Shown here in pieces: positions 1-11,859 of a stretch of DNA of 37,079 nt. Positions within the stretch are counted from its first letter, which is position 1; every line of letters begins with the position of its first letter. Source of the DNA: Tubiluchus corallicola (lineage: Eukaryota; Animalia; Priapulida); assembly GCA_030141605.1 (NCBI GenBank), contig JAQGDQ010000842.1, forward strand, positions 1 to 37,079, given 5' to 3'. Below the pieces are notes generated by a model. The model ran no database searches and was not told where the DNA came from. It worked only from the letters and a program-made list of their open reading frames with translations. Both the position numbers and the translations under genes were made by a program.

Positions 1-119
1 GGCGCCTTAATGTAGTAGGATATATTTTCCGCATCTGCACATCAGTGTTGCCATGTGAATAATGACAATTTGACTTATTATATAAAAAGTAACAACATTT
101 AAAAGCTTCAAATACTTGC

Positions 120-1427
120 CTTTTGCTTTGATAGTGTTGACTACAAACTGATCTTCCTCAGCGGTTTCTATTTCAACCAAGTCACTAGCTGTATCTATGC
201 AATTCATCATAGCAGTCCACCAACCAACCTTGACTTTGTGAAACAAGTAACAGTGTCCATTGTGGTATTCTCCTCCGTTTTTGCAGGATGCAGAGCACGA
301 CACAACCTGATTATGGAGGAAAAGTAAATTGCATTATGAAAGCAACCGAAACTGAGCAAACTCGTTTAGTGAAAACTTTTAAAATGTAGACAGTTGTACT
401 TGTAAAATCTTATAAGTTGGTTACCAGGGAGTGTGTAAATCAAAATATTGCTGCTATATATACATTCACTAGGAAAATTTCCATTTGCAATTACCACCTT
501 TGTTGAACGCCAAAATCAATAAAGACTAGTCAAACACCGCATTACCCACATCACACCACCTACACTATGAAAACCACATCACGCCACCCACACCTTGTCA
601 CACTCATCACACCATCCACAGCACATTTATCATATCCACTACAACTTACCACTTCACAGCAAGCCCACCAAATCACATGGATAACATGATGATGACTATT
701 ATGACGATAACGACGACACATAGAACACTAACATCAACAACACACCAGCCTAATAAAACCACGAAAATCATTTTGTACAACATTGAAACAGTGCGTCATT
801 ACAAATGCTACTTGACAGATCCACCAATGATCAATAATGTATGAACAATGAACACGCTACACAGTTTTTATTACCTGGTCTCCAGATGAAAATAGTATAA
901 CAGAACTTATATGTAAAATTTATAACAATGCAGAATTGTGTGTAACAGCAATCCTTGGAACAGCCGTGTAATTTCTAAAACTCAAACGGGTGTTCCAAAT
1001 ATCGCACAACACTGAGGGGTTAAAAACGTACACCCTTCCCATTTCTTCTAATGACCATCTCTCCTAATAAGACACCTTTGTCCTGCAGATTATTTCTTCC
1101 TCCTTCTAGTAGTATGTGTCTATTTTTGCCAAAAAGTTGCACAAGTTAAGTTTCCTGCTTTACGTGCAGTAATTCGGTTGTATTTGTCAGGGGGAAAAAC
1201 CCATTGTAGGATACGAATTCTAAATACAAAGGGCTTCGGAGGTTTCTCGCTGTCTGTTCCTTAGGGAGACTTCGATTCTTTAAATAAGCTTTCAACAAGA
1301 TAACACCACATCGAGCCCTATCATTTTATGTATAAATCACTTAAAGTGGTGCAGTCCTCGAAGCTGTGGGCTCAAATCTTCATATATATATATATTGTAT
1401 ATGTGTTGTATACATATATTATATATC

Positions 1428-1460
<33 letters not shown>

Positions 1461-2225
1461 TAGTTGTATCGAAGAACCACCGAAATTAATATAAACTAGA
1501 GTACTGACGTCACGTGTGTACGTGTGTGTGGAACCTGCTCAAGAAATTTTTTCACTCAACATTCTAGACATTCTAGTAGTATGTGTCTATTTTTGCCAAA
1601 AATTTTCACAAGTAGAGTTTCCTGGTTTACGTGAAGTAATTTGGTTGTATTTGTCTGGGGGAAAAATCCATTGTGTGATGGCCCTCCTGCAAATTCTAAA
1701 TACGAATACTACACCCATTATTAAATAGCCGGTCCAAACATGATATGTGCCATGCCAAGCACGTTCCCATTCTCTCAAAATAAAATTTTTGTAAGTTTTG
1801 CAGAAAACGGGCAAAAGGGCATTGGAGGTTTCTCGCTGTCTGTTCCATAGGAAGAGTCCAATTCTTTAAATAAGCCATTAATGAGATCACACCACATCGA
1901 GCCCTTTCATTTTATGTATAAATCGTCAAAAATGGTGTAGTCCTCGAAGCTGTGGGCTCAAATCTTCATATATATGCATAAAATATGAATATATATATAT
2001 ATATGTACATATATACAAATGTATATGTGTCTGTATATATATGTGTATTACATAATATGTGTAGTTGTATCCAGAAACCACTGAAATTAAGATAAACTAG
2101 AGTATTGAAGTCNNNATTACCTTTGCAGCCTTACTGCTGATGTTTAAACCACTTTCAGCGCCTGCAACCATAGCACCGAGAGAAACTAATACTGAGAGTA
2201 AGCTGATCACAGAGGCCACATTCAT
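120..2225 (-). CDS. C-type lectin A (perlucin-like, secreted), partial: exon 1 2225-2121, exon 2 306-120; exon 3 lies left of the window
   Basis: Exon 1 encodes signal peptide MNVASVISLLSVLVSLGAMVAGAESGLNISSKAAK ending AAG|GTAAT (phase 0). Exon 2 follows ATCAG| and encodes VVSCSASCKNGGEYHNGHCYLFHK...W..A...C....SDLVEIETAEEDQFV (N-half of a CTLD), ending AAAG|GCAAGT. Paralogous to lectins B and C. Confidence 0.85.
1105..2105. repeat. Imperfect tandem duplication inside lectin A intron 1 (about 1105-1505 and about 1572-2105)
   Basis: Both units start TTCTAGTAGTATGTGTCTATTTTTGCCAAAA and end with a TA run plus TAGTTGTATC..GAA.CCAC.GAAATTAA.ATAAACTAGAGTA. Confidence 0.85.
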
Positions 2226-3224
2226 TGTGCAAGTAATAAGCAATAAAATACGAAAACAAGTCTTGTAGGTTTGTGAATCTAACTAAGAAAAAATAAGTGA
2301 TCCGAAACGAAGCAGAAAAGTAATCCAAATAAAATGCTTCAGTACAAATGTTGGCAAAGAAATTTTTCTTAAACTACTGACACACGTTATTAATGTAAGA
2401 TCAATCCCTGTAAGATCAAAGGAAAGTCACGTTCTAATACCTATTGACACGATTTAAACTGTTGGAATGCTTAATAACATACAATTTATGCCACGCATTG
2501 TCACAACAATGAACCAATTTAACAATTGTTGTTTTATTCTGCATTCTTTGGTACGTTGTTTTGTAATAAGCATTGTCTCAATTTAAAACCCATTCCACTA
2601 GTAAAAGCTCCACAAAAAAAATTGCGTATAAAAACATTTTTATTCAAAAATGTACATACATCTTACATAGTTCTCGTTTATAACTCAAAGCCAGCAGCAG
2701 CAGTTTTTACTGAAGAAAAGTTATAAGATTATAAGCAGAGTTTAATAGATGATGACAGAGTAATGGCTTTGCGTCAACAGTTTTCCAAGCGAAAATCCCA
2801 AAAATGGAGCATTTAATTACTGTAATTTTGCATCAGTAAAAGCTGTTGCTGGCTGTTATAATGTAAGTGTTATTATTATAGTAGTCTATTACGATCAAAA
2901 GGAGCAGTTTGCAAAAAATTTTGTATAATGTATGTGCATTACTGATCATTGGTGGATGGGTGTAATAACATTTATCATAACATACAATTTCAACTTTTTG
3001 CAAAATGTTGTGCTTGGTTTCACTATGCTGCTGTGTTGTTGGTGTTGATGCTATAAGTGTTGTCATCGCCATCATCATCATTTTCATCATTATAATCGCG
3101 ATGTGATCTGGCTGTTTTGGGGTGGAGGGTGAGGTGTGGGTGTGGTGCATTATGGGTTGTGTGGTTTATAAATTTAAGTAAATTTACTATTACTATTACA
3201 ATTATTAATACTATTACTGTATTT

Positions 3225-3925
3225 ACTGTATTACTGTTACTGTTACTGTTACTGTTACTGTTACTGTTACTGTTACTGTTGCTGTTACTGTTGCTGTTAA
3301 TGTTACTGTTTCTGCTACTGCTACTGCTAGTGTTACTGTTACTATTACTATCACTATCACTATCACTGTCACCACCTCTATTACTATCACTGTCACTATC
3401 ACTGTCACTGTAACTGTTACTATTTGTATTTCTGTTCCTGTTCCTGTTCCTGTTACTGTTACTATTACTGGTACTGGTACTGTTACTGTTACTGTTACTG
3501 TTACTGTTACTGTTACTGTTACTGTTACTGTTACTGTGACTGATATTGTTATTGTTATTGTTATTGTTATTGTTGTTGTTATTGTTATTGTTACTGTTAC
3601 TGTTACTGTTACTGTTACTGTTACTGTTACTGTTACTGTTACTGTTACTGTTACTGTTACTGTTACTGTTACTGTTACTGTTACTGTTACTGTTACTGTT
3701 ACTGTTACTGTTACTGTTACTGTTACTGTTTCTGTTACTGTTACTGTTACTGTTACTCTTACTGTTACTGTTACTGTTACTGTTACTGTTACTGTTACTG
3801 TTACTCTTACTGTTACTGTTACTGTTACTGTTACTGTTACTGTTACTGTTACTGTTACTGTTACTGTTACTGTTACTGTTACTGTTACTGTTACTCTTAC
3901 TGTTACTCTTACTGTTACTCTTACT
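3225..3925. repeat. (GTTACT)n compound hexamer microsatellite
   Basis: Direct reading; source of the poly-NS, poly-VT and poly-L ORFs. Confidence 0.97.
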
Positions 3926-4319
3926 AAACCACACTCCACACGTCTGCCCATCGTACTTCAGACCGGTTGTCTTTGTGGAACAGGTGCTGAGATGAAAGAC
4001 GCTAGTTATAGCTGCTATGCAATGCTGATATGCAATGGCTTCATAATAGATGAAACCATCACAATGCAGAGAGGGGTCGAAAATGAAGAGCATTTTGGTT
4101 TCGTAACATTATAATGGTGATTAACGTGACGTATTTATGGAACTTTATTAGTTACGATGATACTGAATAACGCAAATAACAGAAATGATAACTGTTTTTG
4201 CAAAATATTAGAAGTTAACAAGAAATTAATAATGGATTAAAAAGAAAACGGAACAAAGGATTGGTGTGGTGTGCAGCCAGTTGTTCTTATGTGATCCATA
4301 CAATTATGTAATCCACTTT

Positions 4320-6696
4320 TCAGTACTTGGCATTGGATTCACATGCGAAAGATGCTTTGTATGTAGTACAGTCACCATCATTCCAGTGATAACTGTAGCT
4401 CTTGTGAATTACTGCACAGTGCTCTTTTCCTTTATAATTATCAGGTTGATTATCTTTCCAGTTATAAAATACGATGGGTAGACCCTTAGAAATCCACCTC
4501 CAGTCGCCTTCAGTGTGTTGATCTGTTCCACCAATCCAGAGGTTTTCAATTCCTATAAAGAATGCAACTTCTGCGTTAGAATGAATTTTTTTAAGCTGAA
4601 ACTTAGAAGCCATATTATCATGTCAAAGTATTTTTGATTTTGGTTAAAATAGTTTTCTGTGCAGCCTAGAAAATGCTGTTAAAATGAAGGTATGGCAAAA
4701 TGATATTTGCATTTTGGTGCAGTACAATTGCACAAATGTTTTAATGGTACCTTTAATGTAGTGGGATGTCATTTCCATATCTACATCGTTGGTTCGAAAT
4801 AATTTAAATATGACAAATATGACTTTTCTTTGATAAGATTGTTCCTGCTTGGCAAATGGCTGATTTAGATGGCTAGCAATAGTAGTAGTAAGTTTATAAA
4901 CACAGTAAACAAATCAATTCAATGAATATTACAAAAAGCTCTCTAAAAACAATCAGTGGATAGCTGTGACAACAAAGAAAATGCAGCTGTGACTATTATA
5001 TCTAAATTGATAACAATATTTTCTATTGCAATTACACATGGACATATTGTTAGAGCAAATGTCAAAAAAGCTTTTTAAATTGGTAAAGTCTAAATTGTTA
5101 AATTTTCTCTTATTTCCTCTGTAACTGCCCACAACATGGGTTTTCAGTTTGCACACTCCCACAGGTGCAAACCTTTGATTTTGTGGGATTCTTGACCAAC
5201 GGCCTGAACTTATTCTGGTGGGATGTTATTTGCCTGGTGGCAGTAAAAGTAGAACAATATTAGGTTTTGCAAATTTGCAGTAAAAGTATGATTATCTTCA
5301 CATGGGACATACTGGAGGTTGCATACTTGCATTTGCATAAAGAATTCATTTTGGTGGGCTGATTTGCCAATTGCGATTAAAAAACCATTATTTTGAGTGA
5401 TTTTTGTCGAACTGCTACTCGTAAAATATGACTATCCCATCTACAATCTGTTTTATGAGTTAATGTTTCCATAACAATATGAGTAGTTATCCCTCATAAA
5501 AATTATTACCTTCAAATAGTAAAAGTTTTGCCATTGTGTTTATTTTACGTCTACTTAGAACAATTTTTGGAGCGATGTGAACAATAAGGGAATTGCATAG
5601 TACAAATTTACTATTACCCAGCAGACAGCAAATAAATGTTTTACCGTTCATAGAGTCACAAGTTGATTAGTGTATTTGTAGCTGGCATGTTGCCAAGCAA
5701 TGTACGTGTGTGGAACCTGCTCAAGAATTTTTTTCACTCAAGCTTCTAGACACTTGCATTTCGTTCTAACTCTCTCTTATCTCAGTTTACCAATAAATTG
5801 GGTTTCGAACCCCAGTTCTAACATTTTGCTTCTGATCAGAATCCGGAATTGATCACTTCATCCTGAGCTTAAGAATCTGGCCCGCCAGCTCTGTTAGCTT
5901 CTTGGATTCCCCGATTCCGAGCAGCTGATCTCTACTGGAACTCCGATAACACCCCTAATGTTGACCAGAATTACTTAAAAAGTTAATAATAAACTGGCAA
6001 AAGACGCTAAGGCACAGAAACTATCACCAGAAATTTTAACTTGAGGTAAATCACAACCTGTAAAATGACTTCTGTTGTTAATCTGGCACATCAGTGTTGC
6101 CATGTGAATAATGACAATTTGACTTATTATATAAAAAGTAAAAACAATTAAAGGCTTCAAATTAAACTTGCCTTTCGCTTTCATAGTATTGACTACAAAC
6201 TGATCTTCCTCAGCGGTTTCTATTTCAACCAAGTCACTAGCTGGATCTTTGCATTTCATCACAGCAGTCCACCAATCAGCCTTGACATTGTGAAACAAGT
6301 AACAGTGTTCATTGTAGTATTCGCCACCATTTTCACAAAATGCTGAGCATGACGCAGTCTCATTCTAGAGGAAACACAAATTGCAAACTAAGAGAACACG
6401 TTCAGCAAATCCTTTCAAAAGTGTTGGCACTTGTACTTGTAAATTCTATTGAAACGCTAGTTACATGGGTAAATCAAAATATTACTGCTATATTAATTGA
6501 ATGCATATATATTCATTGGGAAATTTTTGATAATTTATTAAACTTTGTTAAACTTCAAATTTAATAATGATTGTATAAATTTTAAGGTAATTACCTGTGT
6601 GGCCATATTGATGTTTGTCCCACCTTCAATGCTAGCACTCGCAACCCCGAGAGAAAGTAACACTAACAGTAAGCTGATCACAGAGATCGCATTCAT
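4320..6696 (-). CDS. C-type lectin B (perlucin-like, secreted, 175 aa): exons 6696-6595, 6364-6172, 4552-4320
   Basis: Signal-peptide exon MNAISVISLLLVLLSLGVASA. CTLD with CYLF, LVEIET, WIGGTD..EGDWRW, QPD, HCA, WND and final FACE. Exon lengths 102+193+233 nt with compatible phases (0, 1) give an intact frame ending in TGA. Confidence 0.9.
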
Positions 6697-8903
6697 TATG
6701 CAAGTAACAACTATTGCCACAACAAACTACGAAAACAAGTCTTGTAAGTTCATGAACATCAAAATAAGTGTGTTAATAAGAAAACCATGAATTGGCAAAA
6801 ACAAAGCTCAAAAAATCATCCAATTAGAGCTTCTTTGTTCAAAAATTGGATAATTTTTTTTTTATAAAACTAGTGTCACGTATGTAAGATCAGTGCAAAT
6901 TCACGTTCGAACACAATGGTGTAAACAGTTAGAATGCTACAATTCAATTTGTGCCACCTTAACATTGGACGTCACAACAATGAAACAATGTCATTTATGT
7001 ATTCTTTGTTTTGTGATAAAACAACAGAAAAGGTTTAATAATTCGTATGATGTCACAACAAAAATCTAATGTCGCGCATGTGCAGAAACGTATTTCCTGC
7101 TTGAATATCAACCAATACTTAAAAGTGAGTTGCTCAAGCCAGAGAGAAACCTGTCAGATGAAGTCACCATGATGCATCGTTTGCTGGTGGCAGTTTGAAA
7201 AGACATTGCAGAACTCTCAGTAGAAAAAAGTGAATCAAGTTTAGTTAGTCAGATACAGCGTGTGCTTATGCACACCCCCTGAAACACTGCATTCAAAAAC
7301 TGCACTGCAGAAAAACTTTTCAAAGGCAGTCATAGTGATGCAGTATTTTCTGATGCAGTCACAGTCTGAAAAAAACGTCAAATTTTAATAATTTACTGTC
7401 AGGAATTGTAATTTTTTTTTCAAACCAGGTGACAAAAACATCTAACTTCAAAAATTCCAAATTTTTAATTTCACAAGTTTAAGATGAAGTGGCAAAACTC
7501 ATCTATTTTCAGCATGAGTCTAGTGACACCTGAAACTGATTGAAATTTTTTTTAGTTCTAACTAGTGTTGATCGCAACAAAGTTTTTGTAAGAAATTTGA
7601 CCCAATTATACTAATTACTGTGCGAAAACATTAAGGTGACAACAAGCTTGTAGATTTAAATTCAGTTTGCAACACTTACGCTGGAAAAAACATTTAAAAT
7701 GAAAAAGAAACCTATTAAGTCAGACACTAAAAACACAGCAAGATAATCAAACAATCATGCGAGGCAAAACTTCTCTTGTTAGTTCTAGTTCAACAGTAGA
7801 TTCCTCTTGAACTTCTGTTGTTCTCTGATTTTGAACATTAAAATTTTGCGCAACAGCAACATTGTTAGTCAAAGCATCATCGTGCCATCACTCACTGTGG
7901 GTTCTCTCTTGCTACCCCACAACTTGATTCTATAACTTTTGATGTGAAAATTATGCTTTTGTACCAACATATTCTTCTATTAATATTTGCTGTCGTTATT
8001 TTGTAAAACTTGAAAATTCATCCAACGAGTATTCCCCTGACATAATGCATTTTTATCACTCTGCTATTTCTCACTCCACAAGTGCAAAAAAATTGTTACA
8101 TTTTTAAGCCAATCTGTATCAAGTTCATTTGCGTAACAAAATTTTCGGTCAACTCTATAATTAATTAAATGATATGACTACTAAACTTGTTAGTGATTTT
8201 TTTTAAATAATCTAGCAGGGAGCTGTATAGTGTAATTTCCTTGGTGTATCGAATTTCTGAACCACCCTGTACAAATTTTCTTACAGGCAAACTGTAAAAT
8301 TATTCGTACAGATTGGCATTTGCACAATGGTTCGTATTCTTTATAATTTGCTTTGAGCAAATGTATTAAATAAAAACTGCGCAAACCAAAAGCGTTAAAT
8401 TATTATTGCGCAACCTTATCAGCAATTGTACCACTTACTAAAAAAGCACAACCATTACAATATTTTTATTTTTAAACACATTACAAAACATGTTACAAAA
8501 CAACAGTAGAAATTTTAAAATTACTAAATTAAACGATATGCCAGACGTCTACCCCATGGTGCTCCATGCCGGTTGTTATTGCGGAACAGGTGCTGAAATT
8601 GAAGTCGCTACGTATAGCTGCTATGCAGTGCTGATATGCAATGGCTTCATAATAGATGAAACCATCACAATACAGAGAGGGGTCGAAAAAGAAGAGCATT
8701 TCATCTTTGTAACATTATAATGGTAATTAATGTGACGTAGTTATGGAACTTTATTAGTTATAATGATACTGAATAATGCTGGTAACATTGATAACAACTG
8801 TTTTTGCAAAATATTAGAAGTTAACAATAAACTAATAATGGCTTAAAAAGAAAATGGTACAAGGAATTGGTGTTATGTGTGATATTATGTGATCCACTTT
8901 TCA

Positions 8904-10226
8904 CTACTTGGCATTGGATTCACATGCGAAGAATGCACCGTGTTTAGCACAATCAACATCATTCCATAGACAATTGTTGTTCTTAGGAATTGTTGCACAG
9001 TGCTCGTTTCCTCCATTATTACTAGGTTGACCTTCAGCCCAGTTATTAAATATGATGGGTTGACCATTGGAAAACCACCTCCAGTCGCCCTCACTGTGCT
9101 GGTCTGTTCCACCAATCCAGAGGTGCTCAATACCTATAAAGAATGCAATGCCTGCATTGGAATAAAATTTTTTAAGCAGAAACTTAGAAGCCATATTATC
9201 ATGTCAACGCATGTTTTTACTTTGGTTAAAATAGTTTAATGTGCGGCCTAGAAAATACTGTTAAATGAAGGTATGGCAAAATGATATTTGCATTTTGGTG
9301 TAGTACAAGTGCACTAATGTTTTAATGGTCCCCTTAATGTAGTGGGATATTTCTTCCGCATCTGCATCATCAATGTAAGGTTTTTCCTCAATGTAAAATT
9401 TCATCAATGACTTTTCTTTGACAAAATTGTTCCTGCTTGACAAATGGCTGATTTAGATGGCTGGAAATTAACGTCTGGAAATTGAACAACCCTAATGTTG
9501 ACTATAATTACTCAAAAAAATTAATATTAAAATGCCAAGTGCTGCTATGGCACAGAAACTTTCACCAGAAATTTAACTTGAGATAAATCACAACATGTAA
9601 AATGACTTCTGTTGTTAATCTGCACATCTGTGTTGCCATGTGAATAATGACAATTTGACTTATTATATTAAAAGTAATAACATTTAAAGGCTTCAAATAC
9701 TTGCCTTTCGCTTTCATATTGTTGACTACAAACTTATCTTCCTCAGTGGTTTCTATTTCAACCAAGTCACTAGCTGTTTTTAAGCAATTCAACACAGCAG
9801 TCCCCCAGTCCACCATAACTTTGTGAAACAAGTAACAGTGTCCATTGTGGTATTCTCCACCATTTTCACAACATGCTGAGCAAGACGCATCCTGATTATA
9901 GAGGAAAAAAAATGCAAACTAAGAGAACACGTTCAGCAAATCCTTTCAAAGTGTTGGCACTTGTATTTGTAAATTTTATCGAAAAGCTAGTTACATGTTT
10001 AAATCAAATCATTGCTGCTATATAACTTGAATGCATATATATTCATTGAGAGATTTTTGATAATTTATTAAACTTTGTTAAATTTCAAATTTAATAATGA
10101 TTGTATTAATTTTAAAGTAATTACCTGTCTGGCCATACTGATATTTGTCCCACCTTCAATGTTAGCACTCGCAACCCCGAGAGAAAGTAACACTAACAGT
10201 AAGCTGATCACAGAGACCACATTCAT
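8904..10226 (-). CDS. C-type lectin C (perlucin-like, secreted, 172 aa): exons 10226-10125, 9891-9705, 9133-8904
   Basis: Same exon structure as B (102+187+230 nt). WIGGTDQHSEGDWRW, QPS, EHCA, WND and FACE motifs; intact frame ending in TAG. Confidence 0.9.
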
Positions 10227-10515
10227 TATTCAAGTAACAACTATTGCCACAACAAACTACGAAAACAAGTCTTGTAAGTTTATGAACATCAAAATAAGTG
10301 TGTTAATAAGAAAACCATAAATGGGCAAAAACAAAGCTCAAAAACTCATCCAATTAGAGCTTCTTTGTTCAAACATTGGATAAAATTTTTTTATAAAACT
10401 AATGTCACGTGTGTAAGACGAATCACCGTGAGATCAGTGCAAATTCACGTTCGAACACATATTTATGGTGTAAACAGTTAGAATGCTACAATTCAATTTG
10501 TGCCACCTTAGCACT

Positions 10516-10523
10516 TGACGTCA
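10516..10523. promoter_or_regulatory. CRE palindrome TGACGTCA about 290 bp upstream of the lectin C ATG
   Basis: Exact consensus; the paralogous site upstream of lectin B reads GGACGTCA. Motif match only. Confidence 0.3.
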
Positions 10524-11859
10524 CAACAATGAAACAATGTCATTTATGTATTCTTTGTTTTGTGATAAAACAATAGAAAAGGTTTAATTACTATGATGTC
10601 ACAACAAAAATCTAATGTCGCGCATGTGCAGAAACGTATTTCCTGCTTGAATATCGACCAATACTTAAAAGTGAGTTGCTCAAGCCAGAGAGAAACCAGT
10701 CAGGTGAAGTCATCATGATGCATCGTTTGCTGGTGGCAGTTTGAAATGACATTGCAGAATGACTCACAGTGGAATGAAAAAAGTGAATCAAGTTTAGTTA
10801 GTCAGATACAGCATGTGCTTATGCACACCCCCTGAAACTGCATTTAAAAAGCTGCACTGCAGAAAAACTTTTCAAAGGCAGTCATAGTGTAGTCAAAATG
10901 CAGTATTTTCTGATGCAGTCACAGTCTGAAAAAACGTTAAATTTTAATAATTTACTGTCATGAATTGTAAATTTTATTTTTAAACCAGGTGAAAAAAAAC
11001 ATTTAACTTCAAAATAAAGTTCCCAATTTTTAATTTCACAAGTTTAAGAAAAAGCGGTAAAACTCATCCATTTTCAGCATGAGTGACACCTCAAACTGAT
11101 TGAAAAAGTTCCTAGTTCTAACAAGTGTTAATCGCAACAAAGTTTTTGTGAGAAAATACTAATTACTGTGCAAAAACATTAAAGTGACAACAAACTTGTA
11201 GATTTACATCTTGTTTACAACACTTACGCTGGAAAAAACCATTTAAAATGAAAAAGGTGCCTAATAAGTCAGGCATTAAAAATGCACCAAGATAATCAAA
11301 CAAGCAAAACTTCTCTTGTTAGTTCTAGTTCAACGGTAGATTCGTCTTGAACTTCTGTTGTTCTCTGATTTTTAACATTAAAATTTTGCAGCAACAGCAA
11401 CATTGTTAGTCAAAGCATCATCGTGTCATCACTCACTGTGGGTTCTCTCCTGCTACCCCACAACTTGATTCTATAACTTTTGATGTGAAAATTATGCTTT
11501 TGTACCAACATATTCTTCTATTAATATTTGCTGTCGTTATTTTGTAAAACTTGAAAATTCATCCAACGAGTGTTCTTCTATTACCTCTGACATAATTTTT
11601 TTCTCACTCTGCTATTTCTCATCCCACAAATGCAAAAAAAATGTGTCATTTTCTCTGCTCAACTTAGCAAACTTAATTGTAGAAATTTAATTAGTACGAT
11701 AAAATGAGAGCACTATTGTATAGGGCTGTCACACATAACAACAAGTTTTGTATATCGTGCCACGTCACTCACTCCTAATTATTCTATTAACAAGAATGGT
11801 CCTGGAATTTGTCATTGTCACAAAAACTCTCATTTGAAATATGTGTGTGGAAGTTGGTA

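Larger units (their letters stand above)
3945..11640. repeat. Tandem segmental duplication producing lectins B and C (about 3945-8090 and about 8545-11640)
   Basis: Colinear similarity over the 3' flank, exons, introns and about 1.4 kb of upstream sequence. Copy B has about 1 kb extra in intron 2 (about 4875-5930). Confidence 0.9.

Noticed and set aside
472-483. NF-kB-like site GGAAAATTTCC (and GGGAAAGCCT near 30886)
   Set aside because: Short degenerate matches expected by chance and not conserved across paralogues.
3023-4114. Long poly-NS, poly-VT and poly-L ORFs
   Set aside because: Translations of the (GTTACT)n microsatellite, which lacks stops in several frames.
5799-5820. B-box-like GGTTCGAAACCC suggesting a tRNA or SINE
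   Set aside because: No A box at a suitable distance and no cloverleaf.
8490-8720. Plus-strand ORF conserved with 3941-4114 (CYA.LICNGFIIDETIT.QRGVE.EEHF)
   Set aside because: Similarity is explained by the B/C duplication; no recognisable domain and no shared start.
6545-10320. Twin 81-aa plus-strand ORFs (6545-6790 and 10075-10320)
   Set aside because: Antisense shadows of lectin exon 1 in duplicated DNA.
10640-11620. Possible decayed minus-strand exons (LHQKILHFDYTMTAFEKFF; donor CAGC|GTAAGT near 11225)
   Set aside because: Multiple stops, inconsistent phases and no protein I can recognise; needs BLASTX.
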